64,000 nucleotides of DNA from the human T2T-CHM13v2.0 reference genome, Homo sapiens. This document shows, one piece after another, positions 32,893 through 44,500 of this stretch. Under the pieces are notes generated by a model. It saw nothing but the letters and a program-made list of their open reading frames with translations, made no database searches and was not told the origin of the DNA. The translations under genes and the position numbers were made by a program. The DNA lies in assembly GCA_009914755.4 (NCBI GenBank), contig CP068257.2, positions 1,952,001 to 2,016,000 of the forward strand, read 5' to 3'. Within the stretch, counting starts at the first letter, position 1, and each line of letters begins with the position of its first letter.

Positions 32893-33177
32893 AAGGAATG
32901 GTATGGAATGGAATGGAATGGAATGGAGTGGAGTGGAGAGGAGTGGAGTGGAGAGGAGTGGAGTGGAATGGATTGGAGTGGAATGGAATGGAGTGGAGTG
33001 GAATGGAATGGAGTGGAATGGAATGGAATGGAGTGGAGTGGAATGGAATGGAATGGAGTGGAATGGAATGGAATGGAGTGGAATGGAATGTAATGGAGTG
33101 GGATGGAATGCAATGGAAATGAATGCAATGGAATGAAACGGAATGGAACGGAATGGAATGGAATGGTGAAAAGAAAT

Positions 33178-33242
33178 GTGTGCTGAGATTGTGCCACTGC
33201 GCTACACCCTGTGTGAGAGAGGGAGATCTTGTCAAAAGAAAG
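33178..33242 (+). repeat. Alu 3'-end-derived fragment, variant A.
   Basis: GTGTGCTGAGATTGTGCCACTGCGCTACACCCTGTGTGAGAGAGGGAGATCTTGTCAAAAGAAAG. Confidence 0.8.
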
Positions 33243-33366
33243 TAGTGGAATGGAAGGGATTGGAATTGCACGGAATGGAATAGGTTGGAGTGGAGTGGAG
33301 TGGAATTCAGTGGATAGGAGTGGAGTGCAGTGGAATGGAAAGGAATGGAATGGTGAAATGAAAAAT

Positions 33367-33430
33367 GGCTTGAGATTGTGCCACTGCACTCCTGCCTGAG
33401 TGACAGAGTGAGATCCTCTCAAATGAAAGG
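33367..33430 (+). repeat. Alu 3'-end-derived fragment, variant B-like.
   Basis: GGCTTGAGATTGTGCCACTGCACTCCTGCCTGAGTGACAGAGTGAGATCCTCTCAAATGAAAGG. Confidence 0.75.
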
Positions 33431-33646
33431 AATGCAATCTAATGGAGTGGAATGCAATAGAATGGAGTGGAGTAGAGTGGATTGGAGAGGAAAGGAGTGC
33501 AATGGAATGGGATGGAAAGGAAAGGAGTGGAGTGGAATGGAATGGAATGGAGTGGAGTGAAGTGGAATGGATTGCAATGGAGTGGAGTGGAGTAGAGCAG
33601 AATGGAACTGAATGGAACGGAATTGAATGGAATGGTGAAATTAAAT

Positions 33647-33711
33647 GTCAGCTGAGATTGTGCCACTGCTCTCCGGGCTGGGTGATGGAGTGAGATACTC
33701 TCGAAAGAAAG
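33647..33711 (+). repeat. Alu 3'-end-derived fragment, variant C.
   Basis: GTCAGCTGAGATTGTGCCACTGCTCTCCGGGCTGGGTGATGGAGTGAGATACTCTCGAAAGAAAGG. Confidence 0.8.
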
Positions 33712-34133
33712 GAATGGAATGGAATGCAATGCAGTGGAATGGAATGGAATGGAATGGAATGGAGTGGACTGGAGTGGATTGGAGTGGAGTGAAGTGGAGT
33801 GGAGTGGAATGGAGAGGAATGCAATGGGATGGAATGGAATGGAATGAAGTGGAGTGGAGTGGGGAGGAGCGGAGTCCAGTGGAATGGAGCAGAATGGAAT
33901 TGGATGGAGTGGAATGGAGTGGTGTAGAGAGAAGGGGAGTGGAGAGGAGTGGAATGGAGTGGAATGGAATTGGATGTGACGGAATGCAGTGGAGTGGAGT
34001 GGTGTGGAATGGGATGGAATGTTGTGGAGTGGAGTGGAGTGGAACGGAATGGAATGGAATAGAATGGAATACAATGGAATTCAATGGAATGCAATGGAAT
34101 AGAATGCAATGAAATGGAATGTTGTCATGCAAT

Positions 34134-34199
34134 GTGAGCAGAGACTGTGCCACTGCTCTCCAGCCTGAGTGACACAGTGATATAGTGTCGAAAGAAAGG
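34134..34199 (+). repeat. Alu 3'-end-derived fragment, variant E.
   Basis: GTGAGCAGAGACTGTGCCACTGCTCTCCAGCCTGAGTGACACAGTGATATAGTGTCGAAAGAAAGG. Confidence 0.8.
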
Positions 34200-34713
34200 A
34201 ATGGAATGCAATGGAGTGAAATGGAATGGAATGAAAAGGAGAGCAGTGAAGTGGAGTGGAGTGGAGCGGAGTGGAGTGGAGTGGACTGCAATGGAATGGA
34301 ATGGAGTGGAGTGGAATGGAATGGTAAGGAATGGAATGGAAAGGAATTGAGTGGAGTGGAATGGAAGGGAGAGGAATTGAGTGGAGTGGAGTGGAATGCA
34401 ATCGAATAGAATGTAATGGAAGGGAATGGAATGGAGTGGAAAGGAATGGAATGGAGTGGAATGGAATGAAATGGAATGGAGTGGAGTGGAATGGAGTGAA
34501 GTGGAGTGGAATGGAGTGGACAGGAGTGGAGTGGAATGGAATGGAGTGGAATGAAATGGAATGGAGTGGAATGGAGTGGAAAAGAGTGGAATGGAATGTG
34601 GTGGAATGAAATGGAGTGGAGTGGACTGGAGTAGATTGAAATGGAATGCAGAGGAATGGAATGAAGTGGAATGGAATGGAATGGAATGGAATGGAATGAA
34701 ATGGTGAAAAGGA

Positions 34714-34780
34714 ATGAGTGCTGAGATTGTGCCACGTGCTACAGCCTGTGTGACACAGGGAGATCCTGTCGAAAGAAAGG
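34714..34780 (+). repeat. Alu 3'-end-derived fragment, variant A.
   Basis: GAGTGCTGAGATTGTGCCACGTGCTACAGCCTGTGTGACACAGGGAGATCCTGTCGAAAGAAAGG. Confidence 0.8.
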
Positions 34781-34901
34781 AGTGGAATGGAAGAGATTGG
34801 AATGGAATGGAGTGGAATGGATTGGAGTGGAGTGGAGTAGAATTCAGTGGAGTGGAGTGCAGTGGAATAGAATGGAATGGAATGAAATGCTGAAGTAAAA
34901 C

Positions 34902-34968
34902 GTGAGATGAGATTGTGCCACTGCACACAGCCTTGGTGACAGAGTGAGATCCTGTCAAAAGAAAGGAA
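34902..34968 (+). repeat. Alu 3'-end-derived fragment, variant B.
   Basis: GTGAGATGAGATTGTGCCACTGCACACAGCCTTGGTGACAGAGTGAGATCCTGTCAAAAGAAAGG. Confidence 0.8.
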
Positions 34969-35182
34969 TGGAAAGGAAACGAGTGGAATGGAATGGAATG
35001 GAGTGGAATGGAATGGAGTGGGGTGGATTGGAGTGGAGTGGAAAGGAGTGGAATGAAATGGGATGGAATGGAAAGGAGTGGAGCGGAATGGACTGGAGTG
35101 GAGTGGAGTGGAATGGATTGGAGTGGAGTGGAGTAGAGTGGAATAGAGTGGAATGGAATGCAATGGAATGGTGAAATGAAAT

Positions 35183-35248
35183 GTGAGCTGAGATTCTGCC
35201 ACTGCACTGCAGGCTGGGTGATAGAGTGAGATACTTTCGAAAGAAAGG
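35183..35248 (+). repeat. Alu 3'-end-derived fragment, variant C. This is the last copy before the switch to block B.
   Basis: GTGAGCTGAGATTCTGCCACTGCACTGCAGGCTGGGTGATAGAGTGAGATACTTTCGAAAGAAAGG. Confidence 0.8.
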
Positions 35249-35580
35249 AATAGAACAGAATGCAGTGGAATGGAATGGAATGGAATGGAGTGGACTGAAG
35301 TGGAGAGGAGTGGGGTGAATTAGAGTTGACTGGAATGGAGACAAATGGAATGAGATGGAACGGAATGCAATGGAATGGAATGAAGTGGAGATGAGTTGTG
35401 TGGAGAAGATTGTCGTTGAATGGAGCAGAATGGAAGGGGATGGAGTGGAATGGAGTGCTGTGGAGTGCAGTGCAGAGGAGAGGAGTGCAATGGCATGGAA
35501 TGGAGTTGGATACAATGGAATTTAGTGTAGTGGAGCAGAGTAAAGTAGAACGGAGTGGTATGGAATGGAGTGGAATAGAA

Positions 35581-38500
35581 TAGAATGGATTCGAATGGAA
35601 TGGACGGGAATGGAATGGAATGGAATGGACTCGAATGGAATGGAATCGAATGAAATGGAATCTAATGAAAGGTAATCAAATGGAATGGAATCGAATTGAA
35701 TGGAACGGAATGGAACGGTCTCGAATGCAACAGAATCAAATGGAATAGAATCGAGTGGAATGGAATGGACTCGAATGGATAGGAATGGAAACGAAAGGAA
35801 TGGAAACGGAATGGATTCGAAAGGAATGGACTGGAATGGAATGCAATCGAATGGAATGGAATCGAACAGAATGGAATCAAATGGAATGGAATGGATTCGA
35901 ATGGACTGGACAGGAATGGAATGGTCCTGAAAGGAAAGGAATGGAATGGAAAAGAAGGGAATGGAATGGAGTGGAATGGAATGGAATAGAATTTAATGGA
36001 ATGGAACGGACTCGAATGAAATGGCCTGGAGTGGAATGGAATCGAATGGAATAGAATTGACTGAAATGGAATCGAAAGGGATGGAATAGAATTTAATGGA
36101 ATAGAATGGATTGGAATGGAATGGAATCTAATCAAATCAAATGGAATGGAATAGAATGGAAGGGAAGGGAATAGAAAGGAATAGAATGGAATAGATTCAA
36201 ATGGAATGGAATGGAATAGAATGGAATGGATTCAAATGGAATGGAATAGAAATGAATGTAACACAATGGAACGGAATGGAAACTAATAGCATGGAATGGA
36301 ACGGAATGGAATGGAATGGAATAGATTTGAAAGGAATGGAATGGACTGGACTCAAAAGGAATGGACTGGAATGGCATGGAATTGAACGGTATGGAATGGA
36401 ATGGAATGGAATTGAATGGAATGGATTTGAAAGGAATGGAATGGAAAGGAAAGGAATGGAACAGACTGGAATGGAATGGACTGGAATGAATTGGAATTGA
36501 ATGGAATGGAATGGAAATGAGTGGAATGCAATGGAATGGACTGGAATGGAATGGAATGGAATGGACTGTAATGGAATGGAGTATAATAGAACGGCCCCAA
36601 ATGGAATCTAATCGAATGGAATGGAATGGAATGGAATCAAATGGAATGGAAAGGAATAGAATGGAATCGAATGGAATGGACTCGAATGAAATGTACTGGA
36701 ATGGAATGGACTCGAATGGAATGGACTGGAATGGAATGTATTCAAAGAGAATGGAATTGAATGGAATGGACACGAATGCAATAAAATGGAATGGAATGGA
36801 CACGAATAGAATGGATTCTAATAGAATGGACTGGAATGGAATGGATTAAATTGGATGGACTCGAATGGAATGTAATCGAATGGAATGGAATCGAACGGGA
36901 CAGAATCGAATGGAATAGAATCGAATGGAAAGGAATCGAATGGAATGGACTGGAAAGAAATGGAATTGATAAGAATGGACTCGAATGGAATGGACTCAAA
37001 AGGAAAGGAATTGAATGAAATGGAATTGAATGGAATGGAATCGAATTTAATGGAATGGAATCGAATGGAATGCAATCGAATGGAATGCAATGGAATGGAA
37101 TGGAATCGACTGGAATAGAATCTACTAGAATGGAATGGAATGGAATGGAATGGATTCGATTGGAGTGGACAGGAATGGAATGGACTAGAATGGAATGAAC
37201 TCAAAAAGAAAGAAATGGAATGGAATGGAATAGAACAGAATGTAATGGGATCGAATGGAATGGAATCTAATGAAATGCAATCGAACGGAATGCAATAGAA
37301 TGGAAAGGAATGGAATGGAATAGAAACGAATGGAATGGAATTGAGTGAAATGGATTCTAATGTAATAGAATTGAATTGATTGAAATGCAATGGAATGGAA
37401 AGGACTCGAATGTAGTAGACTGGAATGGAATGGACTCGAATGAAATGGACTGGAAGGGAATGAGCTCGATTGGAATGCAAACGAATGGAATAGAATCGAA
37501 TGTAATGAAATCAAATGGAATGAATTGAATGGAATGAAACCGAATGGAATGCACTGGAATGGAATGGACTCGAATTGAAAGGAATCGAATATAATGGAAT
37601 GGAACGGAATGAAAAGTAACGGAATGGAATGGAATCAAATGGAATGGACTCGAATGCAATGCACTGGAATTGAATGGAATCGAGTGGAATGGACTTGAAT
37701 GGAATGGCGTCTAATGCAATGGAATGGACTGCAAAAGAATCGAGTTGAATGGAATTATTGGAATGGAGTTGAATGGAATGGATTGGAAAGGAATTGAATC
37801 AAATGGAATGGAATCGATTGGAATGGACTAGAATGGAATGGACACTAAAGGAATGGAATGAAATGGAATGGTCTCGAATGGAATGGAATGGAATGGAAAG
37901 GGCTCGAATGGAATGGAACCCAAAGGACTGGCATCGAATGCAATGGAATCTAATGGAATGGAATCCAATGTAATAGACCGGATTGGAATGAACTCAGATG
38001 CAATTGACTGCAAAGGAAAGGTCTCGAATGGAATGTAACGGAATGCGACGTACTCAAATGGAATGGACTCGAATGGAAAGGAATGGAATGGAATGGAATC
38101 AAATGGAATCGGTTGGAATAGCATGGATTTGAACCAAATGGAATGAAATGGAATGGTCTTGAAAGTAATGGGCAGGAATGGAATGGAACCGAATGGAATG
38201 GAATGAATTGGAAAGGAATGGATTGGACTCGAATTTAATGGGCAGGAATGGAATGGAACAGAATGGAATGGAATGAATTGGAATGGAATGGATTGGACTC
38301 GAATTTAATGGGCAGGAATGGAATGGAACAGAATGGAATGGAATGAATTGGAATGGAATGGATTGGACACGAATGTAATTGACTGCAATGGAATGGACTC
38401 GAATGGAATGGAATCAAAAGAAATGGAATAGAATGGAATGGAATGGAACTGAATGTATCAGACTGGAATGGAATGGACTCGAATGTTATGGACTTGAATG

Positions 38501-41500
38501 GAATGGACTGGAATGGAATGGAATGGAATCAAATGGAATGGAATCGAATGGAATGGACTGGAATGCAATGGAAATGAATGGACTGGACTGGAATGGAATG
38601 TTCTAGAATAAAATGGCATCGAATGAAATGTAACGTACTGGAACGGAATGTATTCCAATGAAATGGCCTGGAAAGGAATTAACTCGAACGTAACTGACTT
38701 GAATGGAATGCAATTGAATGGCAAGGAATAGAATGTAATGGAATGGAATGGATTGGAATGAAATGGAATGGAATGGAATGGAAAGGAATGGAATGGAATG
38801 GAAGAGAATAGAATGGAATGGAATCGAATGGAGTGGACTATAATGGAATGGATTGGAATGGAATGGATTCAAATGGAATGGAATCGAATGGAGCGGATTT
38901 GAATGGAATGGACTTGAGTGGCATAGATTCAAATGGAATGGACTGGAATGGAATGCCTTTGAATGGAATGGAATAGAATGGGATGGAATCGAATGGAATG
39001 GAATCGAATTGAGTGGACTCAAATGGAATGGACTCGAATGTAATGGACTCAAAGGGAATGGACTCGAATGGAATGGAATCTAAATGAATGGAATGGAATC
39101 AAAAGGAATGGAATCGCAAGGAATGGAATGGCATGGAATGGAATGGATTGGAATGGAATCGAGTGGAATGGATTGGAATGAAATGTACTGGAATGGAATG
39201 GACTGAAAGGGAACATTCTCGAATGGAATGGAATAGAAAGGAATGGACTCGAATGGAATTGAAACAACTGGAATGGAATCTAGTGGAATGGAATGGAATG
39301 GAATGGAGTGGAATGGACAGGAATGGAATGGATTCGAATAGAATGAACATGAATGGAATGGATTCAAATGGGATGGACTCGAATGGAATGCATTTGAATG
39401 GAATGGAATTGAATGGAATGGAATCAAATGGAATGGACTGGAATTGAATGGATTCATACGGAGTGGACTCGAATGGAATGGACTCGAAATGAAAGGAATC
39501 TATTGTAATGGAACAGAACGGTATGGAAACGACTTGAATGGAAAGGATTCAAATGGAATGCAATGGAATGGAATGAAATGGAATGGAATCAAAAGGAATG
39601 GAATCGAGTGGAAGTCTTGAATGGAATGGAATCTAATGGAATGGAATGGACTCCAATGGAATGCACTGGAATAGAATGGACTCGAAAGGAAAGGACTCGA
39701 ATAGAAAGGACAAAAAGGAAAGGAATCAAAAGGAATGGAATCGATGGCAATAGAATCGAATGGAATGGAATAGAAAGGAATGCAAACGAATGGAACGGAA
39801 TGGTATGGAATGGAATGGAATGGAATCAAATGGAAAGTAATTGAGTGGAATGTAGATGAAAGGATAAGAATCTAATGGAATGGAATCTAATGCAATGGAA
39901 TTGGACAGAATGGAATGGAATGGAATAGAATGGAATGAAATGGAATGGAATCAAATGTAATGGACCGGAATTGAGTGGACCCGAATGGAATGGATTGGAA
40001 TGGAATGAACTCAAATGGAATGCAATAGAATGGAATGGAATCGAATGTAATGGAATCAAATGGAATGGAATTGAATAGAATGGAATCGAATGGAATAGAC
40101 GAATAGAATCGACTCGAATGGATTGGAATCAAATATAATAGAATGTAATTTAATGGAAAGGAAAGGAATGGAACCAAATGGAATGAACTCGAATGGAATG
40201 GACTGGAATTGAATGGACTCGAATGGAATGGACTTGAAAGGAATGGAATCTAATGGAATGGAAACAAATTGAATGGAATCGATTGGAATGGACTGGAAAG
40301 GAATGGACTGGAAAGGAATGGAATGGAATGGAATCCAAAGGAATGGAATGGAATGTAACAGAATTGAATGTAACAGAATAGAATGGAATGAAATCAAATG
40401 AAAAGGGATCAAATGGAATGGAATCATATGGAGTGGAATCAAATTAAATGGAATGGAATCGAATGGAATGGAATCAAATGGAATGGAATCAAATTGAAAG
40501 GAGTCGAATGGCACGGAATGGAATCGAATGGATTGCAGTGAAGTGGAGTGGAGTGGAATGGACTGGGATGGAATGGAATTGAATGTAGAGGACGGGAGTG
40601 GAGTTGAATGGACTCAAATGGAATGGAAGGGGAAGGAATGGAATTGAACGGAATGGAGTATAATGGAGTGGAGTGGAATGTAATGCAATGGAATGGAATG
40701 GAATGGAATAGAATGGAATGGAGTTAATGGATTGCAAAGGAGTGGAATGGAAGGAAGTGGAGATGGATGGAATGGAGTATAGTGGAGTGGAGTGGAGTGG
40801 AATGGAATGGAATGGACTCCAAAGGACTGGAGTCAAATGAAATGTAATTGAAAGCAATGGAATGGAACGGAATGGAACGGACTCCAAAGGACTGGAGTCG
40901 AACGGAATGGAATTGAATGCAAAGGAATGGAATGGAATGGAATGGAATGGAACGGAATGCAATTAAATGAAATGGAAAGGAACGCAATGGAATGGAATGG
41001 AGTGGAATGCAATGGAATCAAATTGAATGGAATGGAATCGAACAGAATGGAATGGAATGGAATGAAATGCAATAGAAAGGACTGGAATAGAATGGAATGG
41101 AATGGAATCGAATCGAATTTAATGGAATCAATTAGAATGGGACCGAATAGAGTGGAATGGAATGGTGTGGAATGGACTAGAATGGAATGGAATGGAAAGG
41201 AAAGGGCTCGAATGGAATGGACCCGAATGGAATGGAATCAAATGCAATGGAATGCAAAGGAACAGAATAGAATGGAATGGAAGGTAATGGACTCTAATGT
41301 AATGGAATGCAATGCTATGGACTCGAATGGAATGGATTCAAATGGAATGGACTCGAAAGGAATGGACTCGAATGGAATGGAATCTAATGGAAAGGAATTG
41401 AATGAAATGGACTGGAAGGGATCGGTTTCGCACGGAATGGAATGGAATAGAATGGAATGGAATGGAATGGAATCGAATGGAATGGACTCGAATGGAATGG

Positions 41501-44500
41501 ACTCCAATGGAATGGACTTGAAAGGAATGCAATCGAATGGAATGGAATCGAATGGAATGGATTCGAAGGGAATGAAATGCAATCAAATGGAATGGAATCA
41601 AACGGAGTGGAATGGAATGGAATGGAATGGACTCGAATGTAAAGGACTGGAACGGAAAAGACTGGAATCAAATGGACTCACATGGAATGGAGTCAAATGG
41701 AATGCAATCAAATAGAATAGAACAAAATGGAATGGAATGGAATCGAATGGAATGGAATATATTCGAATATAAAGGACTGGAATGGAATGTACTTGAATGA
41801 AATGGACTTGAATGAAAAGGATTTGTATGGAATGCACTCAAATGGAATGGAATTAAACAAAATGGACTCGAATGGAATGCAGTCGATTAGAATGGAATCG
41901 AATGGGGTGGAATCTAATGGAATGGACTGCAATGGAATGGACTCCAAAGAATGGACTCGAATGGAATAGACTCGAATGTAACGTAATGTAATGAAATCGT
42001 AAAAAATGGGATGGACTCGATTGTAATGGATTGTAATGCAATAGACTAGCATGGAATGGACTCCAATGGAATGGAACAAAATGGAATGGAAAGGATTGGA
42101 ATGTACTCGAATTTAAATGACTAGAAAGGAATGGACTTGAATGGAATTGACTCGAATGGAATACAGTCGAATGGAATGGAATGCAATGGAAAGGAAAGGA
42201 GTGGAATGGAATGGACAGTAATCGAATGGACTTGAAAGGAAGGGACTCGAATGGAATGTACTCGAATGGAATGCAATCGAATGGAATGGAATCGAATGGA
42301 ATGGAATCAAAAGGAATGGACTGGAATGAAATAGAATGGAATGGAATGGACTCGATTGGAATGGACTGGAATGGAATAGACTCAAAAGGAATGGACTCAA
42401 ATGGAATGCAATCGACTGCAATGGAACTGAATGGAGTGGAATCGAACGGAATGGTATTGAATGGAATGGACTCTAATGGAATGCAATAGAATCGAAAGGA
42501 CACTAATGGAATGAACTGGAATGGACCGGTCTCGAATGGAATGGAAAGGAATGGAATGGACTGGAACGGAATCTAATGGAATGGACTTGAATAGAATGGA
42601 CTCGAATTGAAAGGATTCGAATGGAATGGACGCGAATGGTCTGGAATTGAATCGAATCGAATGTAATGCTCTCTAATGGATTGGTCACGAATGGAATGGA
42701 ATCAAATGGAACGGAATCAAATGAAATGGACTCGAATGAAATGTAATCGAATGGAATGGAATCAAATAGAATGGCATAGAATGGAATGGACTTAAATTTA
42801 ATGGATTGGAATGGAACAGTCTGGAATGGAATGGAATTGAATGGAATGGAATGGAGTATAACGGAATGAAATGGAATGGAATCGAATAGAATGGAAAGGA
42901 ATGGAATGGAATGGAATCGAATGCAATGTAAAGGCATGGAATGGCACAGAACGGAACGGAATTGAAAGGAATAGAATCTAATGGAATGGAATGGAATTGA
43001 TTCCAATGGAATGGACTGGAATGGAATAGAATGGAAGGGAATTTATTCACATGGAATGGGCTGGAATGGAATTGAGTGGAATGGAATGGACTACAAGGGA
43101 AAGAACATGAATGGAATGGAATTCAATAGAATGGAATCGAATGGAATGGAAGGGTATGGAATGAAATATAATGCAGTCGAATGGAATGGAATGGATTGGA
43201 AAGGAATGGAATGGAATGGAATAGAATCGAATGGAATGGACTGTAACAGATTCGACTGGAAAGGAATGGAGTCCTATGGAACGGATTCAAATGGAATGGA
43301 TTCGCATCGAATGGATACGAGTGGTCTGGAATGGAATGGACTCGAATGCAATGGTCTCCAATAGAATGGATTCGAATGGAATGCAATTGAATGGAAAGGA
43401 ATAAAATTTAATGGAATCGAATGGAATGGAATCGAATGGAATGGAATCTAGTGGAATGGAATAGAATCGATACGACCCGAATGGAATGAACTGGAATAGA
43501 ATGATCTCCAATGGAATGGAATCGGGTGGAATGGAATCGATTGGAATGGAAAGAAAATGAAAAGAATGGAAAGCAATAGAATGAAAAGGAATGGAATGAA
43601 ATGGAGTCAATCGAATTGACTAGAATGGAATGGAATGTACATGAAAGTAATGAACTGGAATGGAATGGAGTTGATTCGAATTGTGTCTAACGGAATGGAA
43701 TCGAAAGGAATGGAATCCAATGGAATGCAATCACAAGGATTGGAAAGGAATGGAATGGACTCGAATGGAAGGGAATAAAATGGAATGGAAAGGAGTGGAC
43801 TGGAATGGCATGGACTCGAAAGGAATGGACTGGAATGGAACCGTTCCGAATGAAATGGACCCGAATGGATTGGAACTGAAAGGTATGGTATTGAATGGAA
43901 TGGAATCGAATGGAATGGAATGGACTGGAATGTAATAGAATGGACTGGAATGAAATGGACTGAATGGAATAGACTAGAATGGAATGGAATCAAATGGAAT
44001 GGGCTCGAAGGAATGTATTCGAATGGAATGGAATCAAATGGAATGGAATAGAATGGAAGGGACTTGAATTGAATGGATTGTTACGGAACGGTATTGAATG
44101 GAAGGGAATGGAATGGATTGGAATGGAATGCAATGGACTGGAATGGAATAGACTCAAAAGGAATGGAATCGAATTGAATGGAATTGAACAGAAGGGAATC
44201 AAATGGAATGGAAGCGAATGGAATGGAACGGAATGGAATGGAATTGAATGGAAAATAAGGGAATATAATGGAATGGACTCTAATGGAATGGACTCAAAGG
44301 GAAGAGAATAGAATGGAATAGAATGGAATGGAATGGAATGGACACGAATGCAATTGATTGGAGTGGTGTGGAATGGAATGAAAGGGAATGGACTCTAATG
44401 GAATGGAACGCAATGAAATGGAATGGAAATCAATGGAAAGGAATCGAATGGAAAGGAATGGAATATAATGGAATCAAATGGAATGGAAGGGAATGGAATG

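Larger units (their letters stand above)
27961..35580 (+). repeat. HSat3 block A: a (GGAAT)n / GGAGT-rich subfamily with 22 embedded ~65-bp Alu 3'-end fragments, organised in a ~1.5-kb higher-order repeat.
   Basis: A pentameric GGAATGGAATGGAGTGG pattern runs throughout. Phase-specific Alu-tail fragments (GAGATTGTGCCACTGCACTCCAGCCTGGGTGACAGAGTGAGA + AAAGAAAGG) interrupt it every 170-860 bp. Confidence 0.9.

Noticed and set aside
27961-35580. The Alu-like segments might be 22 independent Alu insertions.
   Set aside because: All share the same 5' and 3' truncation points. Each is about 65 bp of the Alu 3' end plus an AAAAGAAAGG tail remnant, and they sit at HOR-phased positions. That indicates amplification of one ancient remnant along with the satellite unit, not independent retrotransposition.
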